A stretch of 64,000 bases of DNA from Bacteroidetes/Chlorobi group bacterium MS-B_bin-24 (GCA_003731685.1 RCNO01000005.1:980-64979); one strand, 5' to 3'; positions 1 through 12,479 are shown, counted from the stretch's first letter. Notes: generated from the letters alone by a model not told the origin. Translations and numbers: made by a program.

Positions 1-853
1 GCGCCTTTTTCCCTTTGATTTCGTGGAGATATTTCAAAATTATCATAAAGATTCGGTGGGAGTCGATGAAATTGCCTTCGCTATCGACAACGCCAAGACG
101 GTCGGCATCGCCATCGGTTGCCAAACCAATGTCGTATTTCCCAAGTTTGATTTTATCTATAAGGGTGTGGAGGTTTTCTGGGACAGGTTCGGGATGATGT
201 AAATCCCCAAACGATGGATTGAACTCGTTATGGATTTCTTCGATGTTTGGCAATAAGGTCTTCAGAATTCCCATACCTGCGCCATACATCGGGTCGTATA
301 GGATTTTGTAATTCTTTGAACGAATTAAATCGATGTCGATTTTCTTTTTTACATAACGAATATATGGTTCCCGTGCATCGAATGGTCTGATTAACCGAGA
401 GCCAATGTAAACGTCCAATGGTTTGAATTTGAATTTTGGAACACGAGTAATTTTGTGAAGTTCGGCTTCGACTTTTTGAATTTCTTCGGGCGGGGCAGGA
501 CCACCGAACCGACCTTTAATCTTGTATCCGTTGTAATTTGGTGGATTGTGGGAGGCGGTAATAACAATGCCCAAATCGGAGCCCTTTTGCTTGGTGTGGA
601 ACGAAACAATTGGAGTAGCAGCAAAAGTATTTGTTAGGTGTGCAACAATTCCATTCGATGCAAGAATCAGAGCGGTTTCCAGTGCAAATTCTTTCGAAAG
701 GAAACGAGTATCGTAGCCAATCACGACGGAAATATTTGGCTTATTTAAGCTTTTAAGGTAGTTTACAGTTGCAAGGGCAACTTTGTAAAGGTTATCGAAT
801 GTAAAGTCGCGGGCGATTTCTCCCCGCCATCCATCGGTTCCAAAAACTATCAT
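1..853 (-). CDS. alpha-D-phosphohexomutase family protein (PGM/PMM type); its 3' part runs off the window start
   Basis: My own translation of the minus strand from the ATG at 851-853 gives MIVFGTDGWRGEIARDF... It has the phosphoserine loop GIVITASHNPPNYNGYK and the metal loop ATDGDADRLG. The frame stays open to base 1. It is missing from the ORF track because it is truncated. Confidence 0.85.
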   Translation of the reverse strand, partial: MIVFGTDGWRGEIARDFTFDNLYKVALATVNYLKSLNKPNISVVIGYDTRFLSKEFALETALILASNGIVAHLTNTFAATPIVSFHTKQKGSDLGIVITASHNPPNYNGYKIKGRFGGPAPPEEIQKVEAELHKITRVPKFKFKPLDVYIGSRLIRPFDAREPYIRYVKKKIDIDLIRSKNYKILYDPMYGAGMGILKTLLPNIEEIHNEFNPSFGDLHHPEPVPENLHTLIDKIKLGKYDIGLATDGDADRLGVVDSEGNFIDSHRIFMIILKYLHEIKGKKA

Positions 854-880
854 CTTTTCAACTTTATAAATTAAACAATT

Positions 881-2477
<1,597 letters not shown>

Positions 2478-2481
<4 letters not shown>

Positions 2482-2801
2482 AGAATTTTTGAAATTTGTT
2501 CAATAATTTTATTTTTGCCAACTGCACCAATAGTCATTCCAACAACTTTTCCGTCTTTGAAATAGAGCAAAGTCGGGATGGAACGGACGCCGTATGTGAT
2601 AGCAGTATTTGGATTACTATCAACATCAAGTTTGCAAACTTTAAGTTTGCCATCGTATTCTTTGGCAATTTCTTCTACTATTGGAGCGATAATTCGACAA
2701 GGGGCGCACCAAGTTGCCCAGAAATCAACAATTACAGGAACTGGAGAGTTCAAAACCTCCTGCTGAAATGTCTCGTCGGTTACGTGAATTACTTGTGCCA
2801 T
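2478..2801 (-). CDS. trxA: thioredoxin
   Basis: Active site DFWATWCAPCR, with typical thioredoxin length from MAQVIHVTDETF. The track ORF starts 25 codons earlier (2876) with an implausible hydrophobic extension that overlaps the end of asnS. Confidence 0.9.
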
Positions 2802-2865
2802 ATTCCTCAAATAAATTATTAATAAAAAATAAATTAGTAAAATCGAAAATAATAAAAAAATATTT

Positions 2866-4236
2866 TTATGGTACAATTCTGTAAATCATTCGCGGGAACG
2901 GGATAACTTCGCGAATATGTTTGGCGCCAGTAATCCATTTTACGGTTCTTTCGATTCCCAAACCGAAACCACTGTGGGGCACTGAACCATACTTGCGTAG
3001 GTCCAAGTACCATTGGAAAGCATCCAGCGGCAAGTTTTCATCGATAATTCTCTGTTTTAAAGCTTCGTAGTCGTCTTCTCGTTGGCTCCCGCCGATGATT
3101 TCACCGCCTTTTTCGGGGGCGAGCATATCCATTGCCAAAACGAGTTCGGGGTTTTCGGGGTCGCGCTTCATATAAAATGCTTTGACTTTTGCCGGGTAGT
3201 GGTGAATGATACAGGGTTTATCGAATTGTTCCATAATTGCTTCTTCTTGGACGGCTCCAAAATCTTCGCCCCAAGGGAAAGGCTCGGCAATTTCTTGTCC
3301 ACCCACTTTTCGTATCAATGGTATATTGTTTTTGTTCAGCCATTCAACTGCTTCGGTATAGGTCATTCGGTAAAAGGGACGGCGAACTTTTTCGAGTTTA
3401 GTTGTGTCTCGTTCCAGAGTTTGAAGTTCTTTCTGGCAAGTTTTCAAGACATAGTGAACAATGTATTCCACCAAATCTTCGGCAAGGTCCATATCATCTT
3501 CGAGGTCGAAGTATGCCATCTCGGGTTCAACCATCCAAAACTCCGTAAGGTGCTTGCGTGTTTTGGAAAGCTCGGCGCGAAAAACAGGACCGAAAGTATA
3601 AACTTTACCTAAAGCCATAGCCGAGGCTTCGGCGTAAAGCTGCCCCGATTGAGAAAGATAGGCTTTTCCAAGGTCGAAATATTGCGTTTCGAACAAAGTT
3701 GTGGTTCCTTCGCAAGCGTTTGGCGTCAAGATTGGGGAATCCATTAATTTAAAGCCATTACCGTCGAAGAAGTCCCGAATTGCTTTGACAACGGCGGCTC
3801 GAACACGCATTATTGCGTGCTGTTTCGACGAACGGAGCCAAAGATGGCGATGTTCGAGCAGAAAGCTATCGCCGTGTTCCTTCGGGGTTATTGGATAATC
3901 CTTCGTCAGCTGGACAAGCTTAATATCGGATACATCAATTTCGTACCCGCTTGGCGAACGCGGGTCTTCGCGAACGCTTCCTTTGATAATCACCGAGCTC
4001 TCTTGGGTTAAGTCTTTTGCAAGGTTAAAAACTTCTTCGCTGACATTCCCCTTGAAAACAACGCATTGAACAACTCCGGTGCCATCGCGAAGTTGTATGA
4101 ATTGCAATTTCCCTTTCCCAGTGCGATGGTAAACCCATCCGCGTAATGTAACCTCTTGCCCTACATACTGGGAAAGGTTTTCTATGTAGTGGTAAGTTTT
4201 GTATCGAGAGGTTACCGAAGGTTGAAATTCGCTCAT
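2866..4236 (-). CDS. asnS: asparagine--tRNA ligase
   Basis: 456 aa class IIb aaRS. Motifs FRAELSKTRKHLTEFWMVEPEMAY and C-terminal GFGLGIERTVKWITGAKHIREVIPFPR fit the AsnRS pattern rather than AspRS. Confidence 0.88.
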   Translation of the reverse strand: MSEFQPSVTSRYKTYHYIENLSQYVGQEVTLRGWVYHRTGKGKLQFIQLRDGTGVVQCVVFKGNVSEEVFNLAKDLTQESSVIIKGSVREDPRSPSGYEIDVSDIKLVQLTKDYPITPKEHGDSFLLEHRHLWLRSSKQHAIMRVRAAVVKAIRDFFDGNGFKLMDSPILTPNACEGTTTLFETQYFDLGKAYLSQSGQLYAEASAMALGKVYTFGPVFRAELSKTRKHLTEFWMVEPEMAYFDLEDDMDLAEDLVEYIVHYVLKTCQKELQTLERDTTKLEKVRRPFYRMTYTEAVEWLNKNNIPLIRKVGGQEIAEPFPWGEDFGAVQEEAIMEQFDKPCIIHHYPAKVKAFYMKRDPENPELVLAMDMLAPEKGGEIIGGSQREDDYEALKQRIIDENLPLDAFQWYLDLRKYGSVPHSGFGLGIERTVKWITGAKHIREVIPFPRMIYRIVP

Positions 4237-4895
4237 CTTCCACCAAAAATTACACCCAAAGTAACAGTTAGATAATTTTTATTTGGTTCTTCAGCCGTTT
4301 TACCAATCAAATTGACCCACCAATACTTTGCTTCCAAATTTAATGTTAGAATTTCAAGGTCGAAGTCAAGCCCGGCTCCAACTCCTGCTCCAAGCCTGCT
4401 GTATGTTTCGGAAGTAGCAATGGGAAGCTCCTGATTTAATTTCACTATGTCCAAAGTATTTACAATGTAATTGTAAGATAAATTAGCGGAAAGATAAGGA
4501 GAAATTACGCTCTTGAATACAAACAAATCTATCCCCGCCGAAATAGGGATAATATTCTGGGTAGATTTCAGCACAACTGTGTCAACCTGTTGTTCAGGGA
4601 AATAGATTTTTAATTCAGTTTGTGGGAATCGACACAATGCTATCCCACTTTTGAAAACGAAATTATTGGACAAAGGCAAGTTCGCGTTTATGCCAAATGT
4701 ATAGCCAATCTTTGCTGATTCGCGCAGGAAACGCCCAATATTACTATTCAAGTTAATCTTATCCGAATTGTAAACATTATTGATTTCGTTGTTTGGGGTT
4801 GCTAAGCCAAGATAAACCCCGAAACCAATTGGTGCGCTATTCGCTATGTTTAGAACAAAAATGAAAAGAAAACCAAATAAAAAATATTTTTTCAT
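4233..4895 (-). CDS. outer-membrane beta-barrel (porin-family) protein
   Basis: 220 aa with an N-terminal signal peptide (MKKYFLFGFLFIFVLNIANSA). It has alternating hydrophobic beta-strand periodicity and is rich in G, Y and N. The ATGA stop/start overlaps asnS. Confidence 0.6.
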   Translation of the reverse strand: MKKYFLFGFLFIFVLNIANSAPIGFGVYLGLATPNNEINNVYNSDKINLNSNIGRFLRESAKIGYTFGINANLPLSNNFVFKSGIALCRFPQTELKIYFPEQQVDTVVLKSTQNIIPISAGIDLFVFKSVISPYLSANLSYNYIVNTLDIVKLNQELPIATSETYSRLGAGVGAGLDFDLEILTLNLEAKYWWVNLIGKTAEEPNKNYLTVTLGVIFGGR

Positions 4896-4992
4896 ATCTA
4901 TTCAAAATTTAATTTTTATTTTTGATAACTTGTAAAATACAAATTTAAAAATTTCGTTTAACTTTTTTGTCAAATAAATTAGAGGTAGGTCT

Positions 4993-6939
4993 ATGCGTCG
5001 CTTTTTTGTTTTATATTTAGCCCTTCTTTTTTTATCTCTCACATTTGCCAATGGGCAAAAGCCAAACCCGCCATATCCATTGAACTTTGGGATTTGGGGC
5101 GCCTTGAAGGGAAATTTCCTTTCAACTGACGTAAAATTTTATTATTCCAATGGAACACTTGCCCGAAGCATTCCACAAAGTAGGTTTGGAGCAGGTTGGG
5201 GACTTGGCGGTATCATTAACATTCCCATTTCCAAAAACCTTGTGTTCACCGGGCGACTTGGCTACAATTCCTTATCACAAGATTTAAACTTTATCGATTA
5301 TAATTATGCAACTGATTCTTATACGACTTTTGAAGATGTTGTAAATGTTGACCTTGCATATTTAGAAATTACGCCGGGACTCTTATGGTACCCTATGCTA
5401 CAAAATTTAGAACAACTTTACTTCTTGGGTGCAATTGAATTTGGTTCATTTACCACTAAGAATATCTCGAATAGCTATTTGCAAGTAGCAGGGGAAATTC
5501 CAAATGTGAAATCTCGTTTTTCTCTTACTCTTGGAGCAGGTTGGACGTTCCCAATTAGTAGCAATATTTATTTGACTCCCGAAGTTTCTTTCCGATTGCC
5601 CCTGACAAAAGTTAGTGATGCAACATTCTCAAATAGTGTCGCATATCATAACGAAACGATATCGCTTAGCCAACTTCGATTTGGTTTAAACTTAACGTTC
5701 TCTATCCCTACAACGGAGAGATATCCAGAACCATACAAAGCCCCGACGGGGGAAGTTGGCTTTAAAGAGATTGTTGGGTTAGACCGTGATGGCAAATTGG
5801 TTCCGGTCGAAAAGATTCGTGTCGAAGACACACGCTATCAGGAATATTTCCCAATTGTGCCTTACGTATTTTTCCAAGAAAATCAAGCAGTTCTAGCCCC
5901 GGGCACTCAAGTGCTTTCGACTGTTGTCGAAACAGGGGAATTTACCCCCGAAAGGCTGCCGTTCGATGCTTTAGAAATCAATCGAAGGACACTCGACATT
6001 GTCGGTTGGCGACTGAAGAACAACCCAAGAGCCGATTTGACAGTCGCTGGAACCATAGACAATTCAAGAAAGGAAAAGGAGAACAAAAATCTTGCGATGG
6101 AGCGAGCCAATTTTGTTAAAAATTATTTGGTGAAGAACTGGAACATTAATCCGCAAAGAATAAATACTCGCGCAGGTGGTTTCCCCTCGAAACCATCGAC
6201 AACCGCAGTGCCCGAAGGGGTCGAAGAGAATCGTAGGGCAGAGCTATCAAGTTCGAATCCCGGCATACTTGCTCCACTACTTTTGGAAGGAGAAAACCAA
6301 CGAATTGCCGAACCTTGGCAAATCCAATTTATTCCCTATGCAAATGTCTACGATTCTATTGCATATTGGGAAATCGATGTCTACCAGGGAGATAATCTGT
6401 TGAAGAAATATAATGGCACTGGACAGCCGCAAACTCTGTTTTGGACGATAAAACCGAACGAGCTTACTTCGAGTAGTGTTCCAGTTGACTATTCTTTGCT
6501 GGTCGAAACCGCTGGCGGAAAGAAATACAAGGCGAACGGAAGCATACCAACGGAATACTTTTCGCAAAGGCGAAAGCAGGTCGAAGATTTGCCCGATAAA
6601 ACAATTACAAAGTTCAGCTTGGTTTTGTTCGACTTCGACAAGGCTGATATTTCGCCCCAAGACCAAGACATCATCAACAAACTAATAATTCCTGCGATTA
6701 AATATAATTCCACTGTGAAGATTTATGGCTATACAGACAGAATTGGAGATGATGATTACAATTTAAAACTTGCGACACGAAGAGCAGAGGCAGTAAAGTC
6801 GATTATTCAGAAAGCCCGAAAAGATGTAAAAATCGAAACTTACGGCGTCGGCGAACGCCAGTTGATTTTCGATAATGATATTCCCACGGGACGGCACCTT
6901 TCCCGAACTGTGCAAATTCTCATCGTCACTCCGAAATAA
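4993..6939 (+). CDS. OmpA-family outer-membrane protein
   Basis: 648 aa with a signal peptide and a beta-barrel-like N-terminal third. The C-terminal OmpA-like peptidoglycan-binding motif is GYTDRIGDDDYNLKLATRRAEAVKSI. An internal second OmpA-like stretch is NLAMERANFVKNYL...NRRAEL. Confidence 0.8.
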   Translation: MRRFFVLYLALLFLSLTFANGQKPNPPYPLNFGIWGALKGNFLSTDVKFYYSNGTLARSIPQSRFGAGWGLGGIINIPISKNLVFTGRLGYNSLSQDLNFIDYNYATDSYTTFEDVVNVDLAYLEITPGLLWYPMLQNLEQLYFLGAIEFGSFTTKNISNSYLQVAGEIPNVKSRFSLTLGAGWTFPISSNIYLTPEVSFRLPLTKVSDATFSNSVAYHNETISLSQLRFGLNLTFSIPTTERYPEPYKAPTGEVGFKEIVGLDRDGKLVPVEKIRVEDTRYQEYFPIVPYVFFQENQAVLAPGTQVLSTVVETGEFTPERLPFDALEINRRTLDIVGWRLKNNPRADLTVAGTIDNSRKEKENKNLAMERANFVKNYLVKNWNINPQRINTRAGGFPSKPSTTAVPEGVEENRRAELSSSNPGILAPLLLEGENQRIAEPWQIQFIPYANVYDSIAYWEIDVYQGDNLLKKYNGTGQPQTLFWTIKPNELTSSSVPVDYSLLVETAGGKKYKANGSIPTEYFSQRRKQVEDLPDKTITKFSLVLFDFDKADISPQDQDIINKLIIPAIKYNSTVKIYGYTDRIGDDDYNLKLATRRAEAVKSIIQKARKDVKIETYGVGERQLIFDNDIPTGRHLSRTVQILIVTPK

Positions 6940-6965
6940 TGCAAATTTTCACCTTAAACCAGCGG

Positions 6966-6998
6966 GGCTGTCTTGGAAAAAACAAGACAGCCTTTTTT
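6966..6998 (+). terminator. rho-independent terminator of the OmpA-family gene
   Basis: Stem GGCTGTCTTG, loop GAAAAAA, stem CAAGACAGCC, followed by TTTTTT. It lies 27 nt after the stop codon. Confidence 0.85.
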
Positions 6999-7074
6999 AT
7001 ACTAAAATATTAGTGAATATGCTTTGGGACTTGTCAACGCTTTGTTAATTAAGAACGATGATGACAATCTTGGA

Positions 7075-7107
7075 AGACATCGGATGTTTCGAAAACATCC
7101 GATGTCT
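7075..7107. repeat. 33-bp palindromic intergenic repeat, copy 1 (loop CGA)
   Basis: AGACATCGGATGTTT-CGA-AAACATCCGATGTCT. The 15-nt arms are perfectly complementary and identical to the other copies. Confidence 0.95.
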
Positions 7108-7320
7108 GGGGAAGTGAAGATATTTGGCATATGCGAAATATCGAATTTCTGCTAAGTCCAATATCTTGTTCTTATCTTTCTAAATTTTTGTGCATTTTCT
7201 GGTGCCCTATGCTTGTCTTTTGAAAGTAAAGAAGGCAACTCTTTTTCTGTTGAGCAATTTGGAATAAAATTATACTCAGATTTTTTAAATTTGTGTTTTC
7301 TAAATTTTTTAGGACCGGAT

Positions 7321-9126
7321 ATGCAAACTAAATTGAAGATATTTTTCTTGATTGCACTGCTTGTGGGGTGGAATAATTTATTAGCGGAAGATTATATATT
7401 AGTAAATGTTTCGGATTTATACGATGTTATGCCCGATGTAGCTAATTGCAACGAAGGAGTTCTGAAAAACTCCGAAAAGCAAAAGGCATTGGACGCTTTT
7501 AACTATATTCGCACAATTCACAACTTGAAGCCAGTTCAATATAACTCATCTTACGATAAAGAAGTTGCCAAAAGTGCTTTGATAACTGTTGCCAATGCTT
7601 TGCTCGACCATTTCCCCAAGTCTTCTTATTATTGCTACACTCAGGATGGATATAATGGAAGCTCAACCTCGAATCTATATATTTTTGCTTCGCCATCGCC
7701 TTCCTATGCTCCGGAGACAGAAAAGGGGATTCAAGGTTGGATTATCGATAAAAATGTTGCCGATGTTGGTCACCGACGCAGTATGCTGAACCCATTTTTG
7801 AAATACACTTCGTTTGGGCGTGTCGATGGTTGCTCCAAAACCCAAACTAATTATTTTATAACTGGTATGTCGCTAAAAGTTCATATGTTCCCCGATTATC
7901 ATAATCTTTCCGATTGGCAAGGCGATTTTGTTGCATATCCTGTAAACGATTATCCCACTGCATTTTTTGATGGCTCTTGGTACCTTTCGTTCACTGTTAT
8001 TGCCGATAAATCCTCGCCTTGGAATAATAATAACACAATAATCGATTTTTCTCAGGCAACTGTGAAAATAACCGACCCCGGGAACAATGCACTTTCGATT
8101 TCTGATTTAAAATACGATTATCTTGGCTATGGTGTTCCAAATTGTTTGTATTGGAAAGCTTCCACTATATTGAAGGAAGTGAAATATACCGTGACAATCT
8201 CGAATGTGAAAGTAAACGGCACCCCACGAACTTATACATATTGGTTCAGAATTACGGACACTCCACCAAATACAACTTTACAGCCACCAACGCCACTTTC
8301 GCCGCCCGACAATTCGAACGAACTTGTTCCACCTGTTACTTTAACTTGGACTTCCATTGTTGATGCTCAATACTATGCCCTACAAGTTTCAACAAATTCC
8401 AACTTTTCCACTTTGCTTGTTGATTTGAAAAATTTGACCAATAATCAATACACTTTAACTGAACTTTCGCCAAAAACCAAATATTACTGGCGAGTTGCAG
8501 TGATCAAAAATCAACAGCAAAGTGGATGGTCTACTACGTTTTCTTTTACAACAGCAGACCAACCCCTTGCCACTCCATTGTTGCTTGAGCCGAAAGATTC
8601 CACCGTTAGTGTGTCGATTCAACCTACTTTTGTCTGGAATTCTGTTCCCGGAGCGACCAAATACCACTTGCAAGCAAGTTTAGACCCTTCGTTCGACGAT
8701 TTCTCGCTTTTGCTTAATTTGGACGATATTTCGAATACCTCTTATACATCAACTGTGAAATTTTATCCGAAAACACAGTTTTATTGGAGAGTCCGAGCCT
8801 TGAACAATACCCAATCGAGTCCTTGGTCTGCCGTTCGAACATTTTGGACTCTCGACCCAGCTTTCGTTTCCGACATCTCGTTTTCTACCGAAGGCAATTT
8901 CGTAGTTGCCAGCAAACAAACATCCGCAATTAATCTTAGAGAATCGCTTTTTGCAAAGAAAATTGCTTTATACGACTTGTTTGGGAACGAAATGGTGTTA
9001 GCTTTATCTCCGCGTGAACTTGAAAAGATTGAAATTCCTTTTGAGCAAATAAATTCCGGAGTTTGGATTCTTGAAATAACAACATCTACCGAGGTAAAGC
9101 GTTTTAAACTTTTTATTATTATATGA
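7321..9126 (+). CDS. secreted CAP/SCP (YkwD-like) domain protein with two FN3-like modules and a T9SS C-terminal sorting domain
   Basis: The ATG at 7321 exposes the signal peptide MQTKLKIFFLIALLVGWNNLLA, whereas the track ORF starts at a TTG at 7213. It has the CAP-type motif GHRRSMLNPFLKYTSFG. Two ~90-aa repeats end YYWRV...WS..F.FTT and FYWRVRA...SPWS. The C-terminal beta-sandwich tail is ALYDLFGNEMV...GVWILEITT. Confidence 0.7.
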   Translation: MQTKLKIFFLIALLVGWNNLLAEDYILVNVSDLYDVMPDVANCNEGVLKNSEKQKALDAFNYIRTIHNLKPVQYNSSYDKEVAKSALITVANALLDHFPKSSYYCYTQDGYNGSSTSNLYIFASPSPSYAPETEKGIQGWIIDKNVADVGHRRSMLNPFLKYTSFGRVDGCSKTQTNYFITGMSLKVHMFPDYHNLSDWQGDFVAYPVNDYPTAFFDGSWYLSFTVIADKSSPWNNNNTIIDFSQATVKITDPGNNALSISDLKYDYLGYGVPNCLYWKASTILKEVKYTVTISNVKVNGTPRTYTYWFRITDTPPNTTLQPPTPLSPPDNSNELVPPVTLTWTSIVDAQYYALQVSTNSNFSTLLVDLKNLTNNQYTLTELSPKTKYYWRVAVIKNQQQSGWSTTFSFTTADQPLATPLLLEPKDSTVSVSIQPTFVWNSVPGATKYHLQASLDPSFDDFSLLLNLDDISNTSYTSTVKFYPKTQFYWRVRALNNTQSSPWSAVRTFWTLDPAFVSDISFSTEGNFVVASKQTSAINLRESLFAKKIALYDLFGNEMVLALSPRELEKIEIPFEQINSGVWILEITTSTEVKRFKLFIII

Positions 9127-9136
9127 TAGAGTAATT

Positions 9137-9802
9137 TTGGCTGAGCAAGAAAAAGATAGTTTAATTAAAATCCTCCAATCGCTGCGTAGAGATTATATTT
9201 CGGGCAAATTCGATGAATCGGTTGCCCACGAAAATCCTTTCGAGCAGTTCCGCCTGTGGTTTCTCGAAGTTCTTTCGAGCGACTTTGTCGAGCCAAACGC
9301 AATGGTGCTTTCAACTGCAAGCAAGGATGGAATACCATCGTCGAGAGTTGTCCTTTTGAAAAAATTCGACGATAAAGGTTTTGCGTTCTATACAAATTAC
9401 CAAAGCAAAAAAGGGAAAGATTTGGCGGAAAATCCTTATGCCTCTTTGCTATTCTATTGGGATAAACTCGAACGGCAAGTTCGTATTAATGGAAGAGTGG
9501 AAAAGACGAGTTTCGAGGAGTCGGAGGAGTATTTTAAATCTCGTCCTTATTTATCAAGGATTGGGGCTTGGGCTTCGAAGCAAAGTTCGCCGCTGCGCTC
9601 CCGCTTTACTTTGATGCGTGAAGTTGCACTTCTGACAATGAAATATCCTGTTGATGTTCCTTTGCCGCCTTTTTGGGGGGGATATCGGTTGATTCCCGAT
9701 TTCTTCGAGTTCTGGCAAGGGCGCCCCAGCCGTCTTCACGACCGAATCGCCTACATTTTGCAACCCGACGGCAAATGGAAGAAACAAAGGCTCTACCCAT
9801 AG
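9137..9802 (+). CDS. pdxH: pyridoxamine 5'-phosphate oxidase
   Basis: 221 aa with a TTG start. Motifs: NAMVLSTASKDGIPSSRVVLLK, FYTNYQSKKG, WGGYRLIPDFFEFWQGRPSRLHDR, and the classic C-terminus ...RLYP. Confidence 0.93.
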   Translation: MAEQEKDSLIKILQSLRRDYISGKFDESVAHENPFEQFRLWFLEVLSSDFVEPNAMVLSTASKDGIPSSRVVLLKKFDDKGFAFYTNYQSKKGKDLAENPYASLLFYWDKLERQVRINGRVEKTSFEESEEYFKSRPYLSRIGAWASKQSSPLRSRFTLMREVALLTMKYPVDVPLPPFWGGYRLIPDFFEFWQGRPSRLHDRIAYILQPDGKWKKQRLYP

Positions 9803-9837
9803 AATTTTTCTACCAACTTTACTTCTAACCTTAACAA

Positions 9838-9870
9838 AGACATCGGATGTTTTCAAAACATCCGATGTCT
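9838..9870. repeat. 33-bp palindromic intergenic repeat, copy 2 (loop TCA)
   Basis: AGACATCGGATGTTT-TCA-AAACATCCGATGTCT. It lies between the convergent pdxH and MBL-hydrolase genes. Confidence 0.95.
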
Positions 9871-9901
9871 GGAGAGAGTTACTTACGATGGAAAAGCATT
9901 T

Positions 9902-10681
9902 CTATGTGTAGAGTGTAAGCCCGTCGTAGGTTAGGTAGAAGCCTTCGGGCAGTTCCTTTTCGCATTGTGAATGAAGAATTTGGTGAGCAATATGGATGAA
10001 GTATGTTTTTCGGGCATTTATTTTTTGGGAGACTTCGATTGCCTTGTTTAGATTGAAGTGGGTAGAATGGGGTTCGTAGCGGAGTGCATCGAGAATGAGA
10101 ATTTCGAGCCCCTGCATTTTGTCAATCGTTGTTTCGGGAATGAAATTTGTATCAGTGCAATAAGCTAAGTTTCCGATACGGAATCCAAGCACTGGCATTT
10201 TGCCGTGAAGCAAAGGCAATGGCTCGAAAGTGATATCGCCAATCGTAAATGGTGCTTCGTCAATGATGTTGATGTCCAAAATGGGAATTCCGCCGCCAAT
10301 TTGTTCGGGTTCCTCGAAGATATAGAAAAAAGTACGTTTGATTCTTTCAATCGTTTGGAGATTTGCAAAGATGCGGACAGCTTTTTTGGTTGTATAATTA
10401 TAGGCTCTTAAATCATCGAGTCCGCCGATGTGGTCGAAATGGGCGTGGGTAAAAACGACTGCGTCGAGGCGGTCGATGTTGTACAAAAGCATTTGCTGAC
10501 GAAAGTCTGGTGTTGTATCAATCACAACATTTGTAGTTTCGGATTGCACAAGGAGCGAGGTCCGTAATCGCTTGTCCCTCTTATCTGTTGATATACACGT
10601 AGGACATTTGCAGGAAACTGTTGGAACACCCGAGGATGTTCCGCTCCCAAGCACGGTAAACTTAAGTCCATTAGACGACAT
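9902..10681 (-). CDS. MBL-fold metallo-hydrolase (PhnP/GPMB-like)
   Basis: Metal motif [15 protein letters not shown]. The start was moved to [20 protein letters not shown] (ATG 10681). The track extension to 10753 overlaps lipA. Confidence 0.8.
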   Translation of the reverse strand: MSSNGLKFTVLGSGTSSGVPTVSCKCPTCISTDKRDKRLRTSLLVQSETTNVVIDTTPDFRQQMLLYNIDRLDAVVFTHAHFDHIGGLDDLRAYNYTTKKAVRIFANLQTIERIKRTFFYIFEEPEQIGGGIPILDINIIDEAPFTIGDITFEPLPLLHGKMPVLGFRIGNLAYCTDTNFIPETTIDKMQGLEILILDALRYEPHSTHFNLNKAIEVSQKINARKTYFIHIAHQILHSQCEKELPEGFYLTYDGLTLYT

Positions 10682-11555
10682 GACTTTCGGCGTGGTATGA
10701 ACTTCGCACAAGTGGTCCGGATTCCACGTGACGGAATCCCAGCTCAATACCAATCAATTTGTATTGCTTAAATTCTTCGGGGGTGACGAAACGGTCGACA
10801 GGCAAATGGGCAGGCGTAGGTTGCAGATATTGTCCGATTGTAAAAATATCGACATCGATTTGCCGAAGGTCTTTCATCACTTGAACAACTTCGTCGAAAG
10901 TTTCGCCAATTCCCACCATAATCCCTGTTTTGGTAATAAATCCTTGTTCTTTTGAATATTGCAGAACTCTTAAGGAACGCTCGTATTTTGCCTGTGGTCG
11001 AACTGTTCGATATAAACGGGGGACAGTTTCAACGTTATGGTTCAGAATATTTGGTTTAGCGTCGAGCACTCTTTGCAAGCAATTCAAATCGCCTTTGAAA
11101 TCGGGAATTAGCACTTCAATCGAAACTTTTGGATTAAGCCTTCGAACTTCTACGATAGTTTTTGCCCAAATCGTTGAACCTTGGTCGGGAAGTTCATCCC
11201 GGTTTACAGAAGTAATGACCACGTGGGAAATTCCCATTTGCTGCACAGCCAGAGCAACTTTCAAAGGCTCCTCGGGGTCGACCGGCTGCGGTCGACCTGT
11301 TTTTATTGCACAAAATCCACAGGAGCGAGTGCAAATATCACCAAGAATAAGGAAAGTTGCGGTGCCTCGTCCCCAGCATTCCCCGATGTTAGGACAATGG
11401 GCTTCTTCGCAAACAGTGTGTAAAGTTTTCGAACGCATCATCTTTTTAAGATTGGCGTAAGTTTCGCCTCCAGGAGCGCGCACTTTAAGCCATTCAGGAC
11501 GAGGAGACTTCTGTCCTTGTTCTCGCGGGCGTTCAGGATAATCTATTTTATGCAT
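10671..11555 (-). CDS. lipA: lipoyl synthase
   Basis: 294 aa. The radical-SAM cluster is [13 protein letters not shown], with the second cluster motif [14 protein letters not shown]. Confidence 0.95.
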   Translation of the reverse strand: MHKIDYPERPREQGQKSPRPEWLKVRAPGGETYANLKKMMRSKTLHTVCEEAHCPNIGECWGRGTATFLILGDICTRSCGFCAIKTGRPQPVDPEEPLKVALAVQQMGISHVVITSVNRDELPDQGSTIWAKTIVEVRRLNPKVSIEVLIPDFKGDLNCLQRVLDAKPNILNHNVETVPRLYRTVRPQAKYERSLRVLQYSKEQGFITKTGIMVGIGETFDEVVQVMKDLRQIDVDIFTIGQYLQPTPAHLPVDRFVTPEEFKQYKLIGIELGFRHVESGPLVRSSYHAESHVV

Positions 11556-11558
11556 TTT

Positions 11559-12419
11559 TTAGCCTAAATATGCTTTCAATTTTTGACAGCGATTGGAGTG
11601 TCGTAGTTTCCGAATTGCTTTCTCTTTGATTTGCCGGACGCGTTCCCGTGTCAAGTTGAATTTTTCGCCGATTTCTTCCAAAGTTAATGCAGATGTGCCA
11701 ATTCCGTAAAAGAGCCTAATGACTTCGGCTTCTCGCTCCGGCAAAGTGGAAAGAAGTTCTTCTATCTCAATTCGTAAAGATTCTTGCATAAGATGCTGGT
11801 CTGGTGGTGGTTGTTGTTCGTTGGGCAAAACATCGAGAAGTCGATTGTCCTCGCCTTGAACAAACGGAGCATCAACCGAAAGATGCCTGCCGGCAATTCT
11901 TATAGTTTCGTGAATATCGGTAACAGACATATCGAGTTGTTCGGCGAGTTCGGAAGTGGTCGGTTCCCGTTCGAACTTTTGTTCGAGCTCGCTGAATTTC
12001 TTGCCAATCTTATTCAAAGCACCGACTCGGTTCAATGGAAGACGAACAATACGGGATTGCTCGGCAAGCGCTTGCAAAATCGATTGCCGTATCCACCACA
12101 CTGCATAAGAAATAAACTTGAAGCCTTTGGTTTCGTCGAATCGTGTTGCTGCTTTAATCAGCCCCAAGTTGCCTTCGTTAATTAGGTCACCAAGCGTTAG
12201 CCCTTGGTTCTGGTATTGCTTAGCAACAGAGACAACAAATCTCAAATTGGCTTTGACAAGCCTCTCCATTGCTTTTTGACCTTCGGGTCCGCCTTTCTTA
12301 ATCTTTTTTGCCAACTCGACTTCTTCTTCGGCAGTTAGCAATTCATATTTACCAATTTCTTGTAAATACTTATCTAAAGACTGACTTTCACGATTAGTAT
12401 ATTGTTTAGTTATCCTCAT
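11559..12419 (-). CDS. rpoD: RNA polymerase sigma-70 family primary-like sigma factor (short form, no region 1.1)
   Basis: 286 aa. Region 2 is [37 protein letters not shown]. Region 4 is [28 protein letters not shown]. The length is typical of Bacteroidetes/Chlorobi sigma-A. Confidence 0.85.
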   Translation of the reverse strand: MRITKQYTNRESQSLDKYLQEIGKYELLTAEEEVELAKKIKKGGPEGQKAMERLVKANLRFVVSVAKQYQNQGLTLGDLINEGNLGLIKAATRFDETKGFKFISYAVWWIRQSILQALAEQSRIVRLPLNRVGALNKIGKKFSELEQKFEREPTTSELAEQLDMSVTDIHETIRIAGRHLSVDAPFVQGEDNRLLDVLPNEQQPPPDQHLMQESLRIEIEELLSTLPEREAEVIRLFYGIGTSALTLEEIGEKFNLTRERVRQIKEKAIRKLRHSNRCQKLKAYLG

Positions 12420-12479
12420 AATTCATAACCAAAGTTTCACATTTATCAAAACTTTTAACGATTGTCTTTTTTTATTATT

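Noticed and set aside
7213-7320. 5' extensions of track ORFs. Other cases are 2802-2876, 10682-10753, 15772-15831, 15854-15886, 28260-28292, 38864-38902, 46867-46923, 49682-49699, 50822-50896, 51889-51951, 56385-56462 and 58546-58584.
   Set aside because: Downstream in-frame starts expose signal peptides, lipoboxes or the conserved N-termini of known families. The extensions overlap neighbouring genes or encode implausible sequence.
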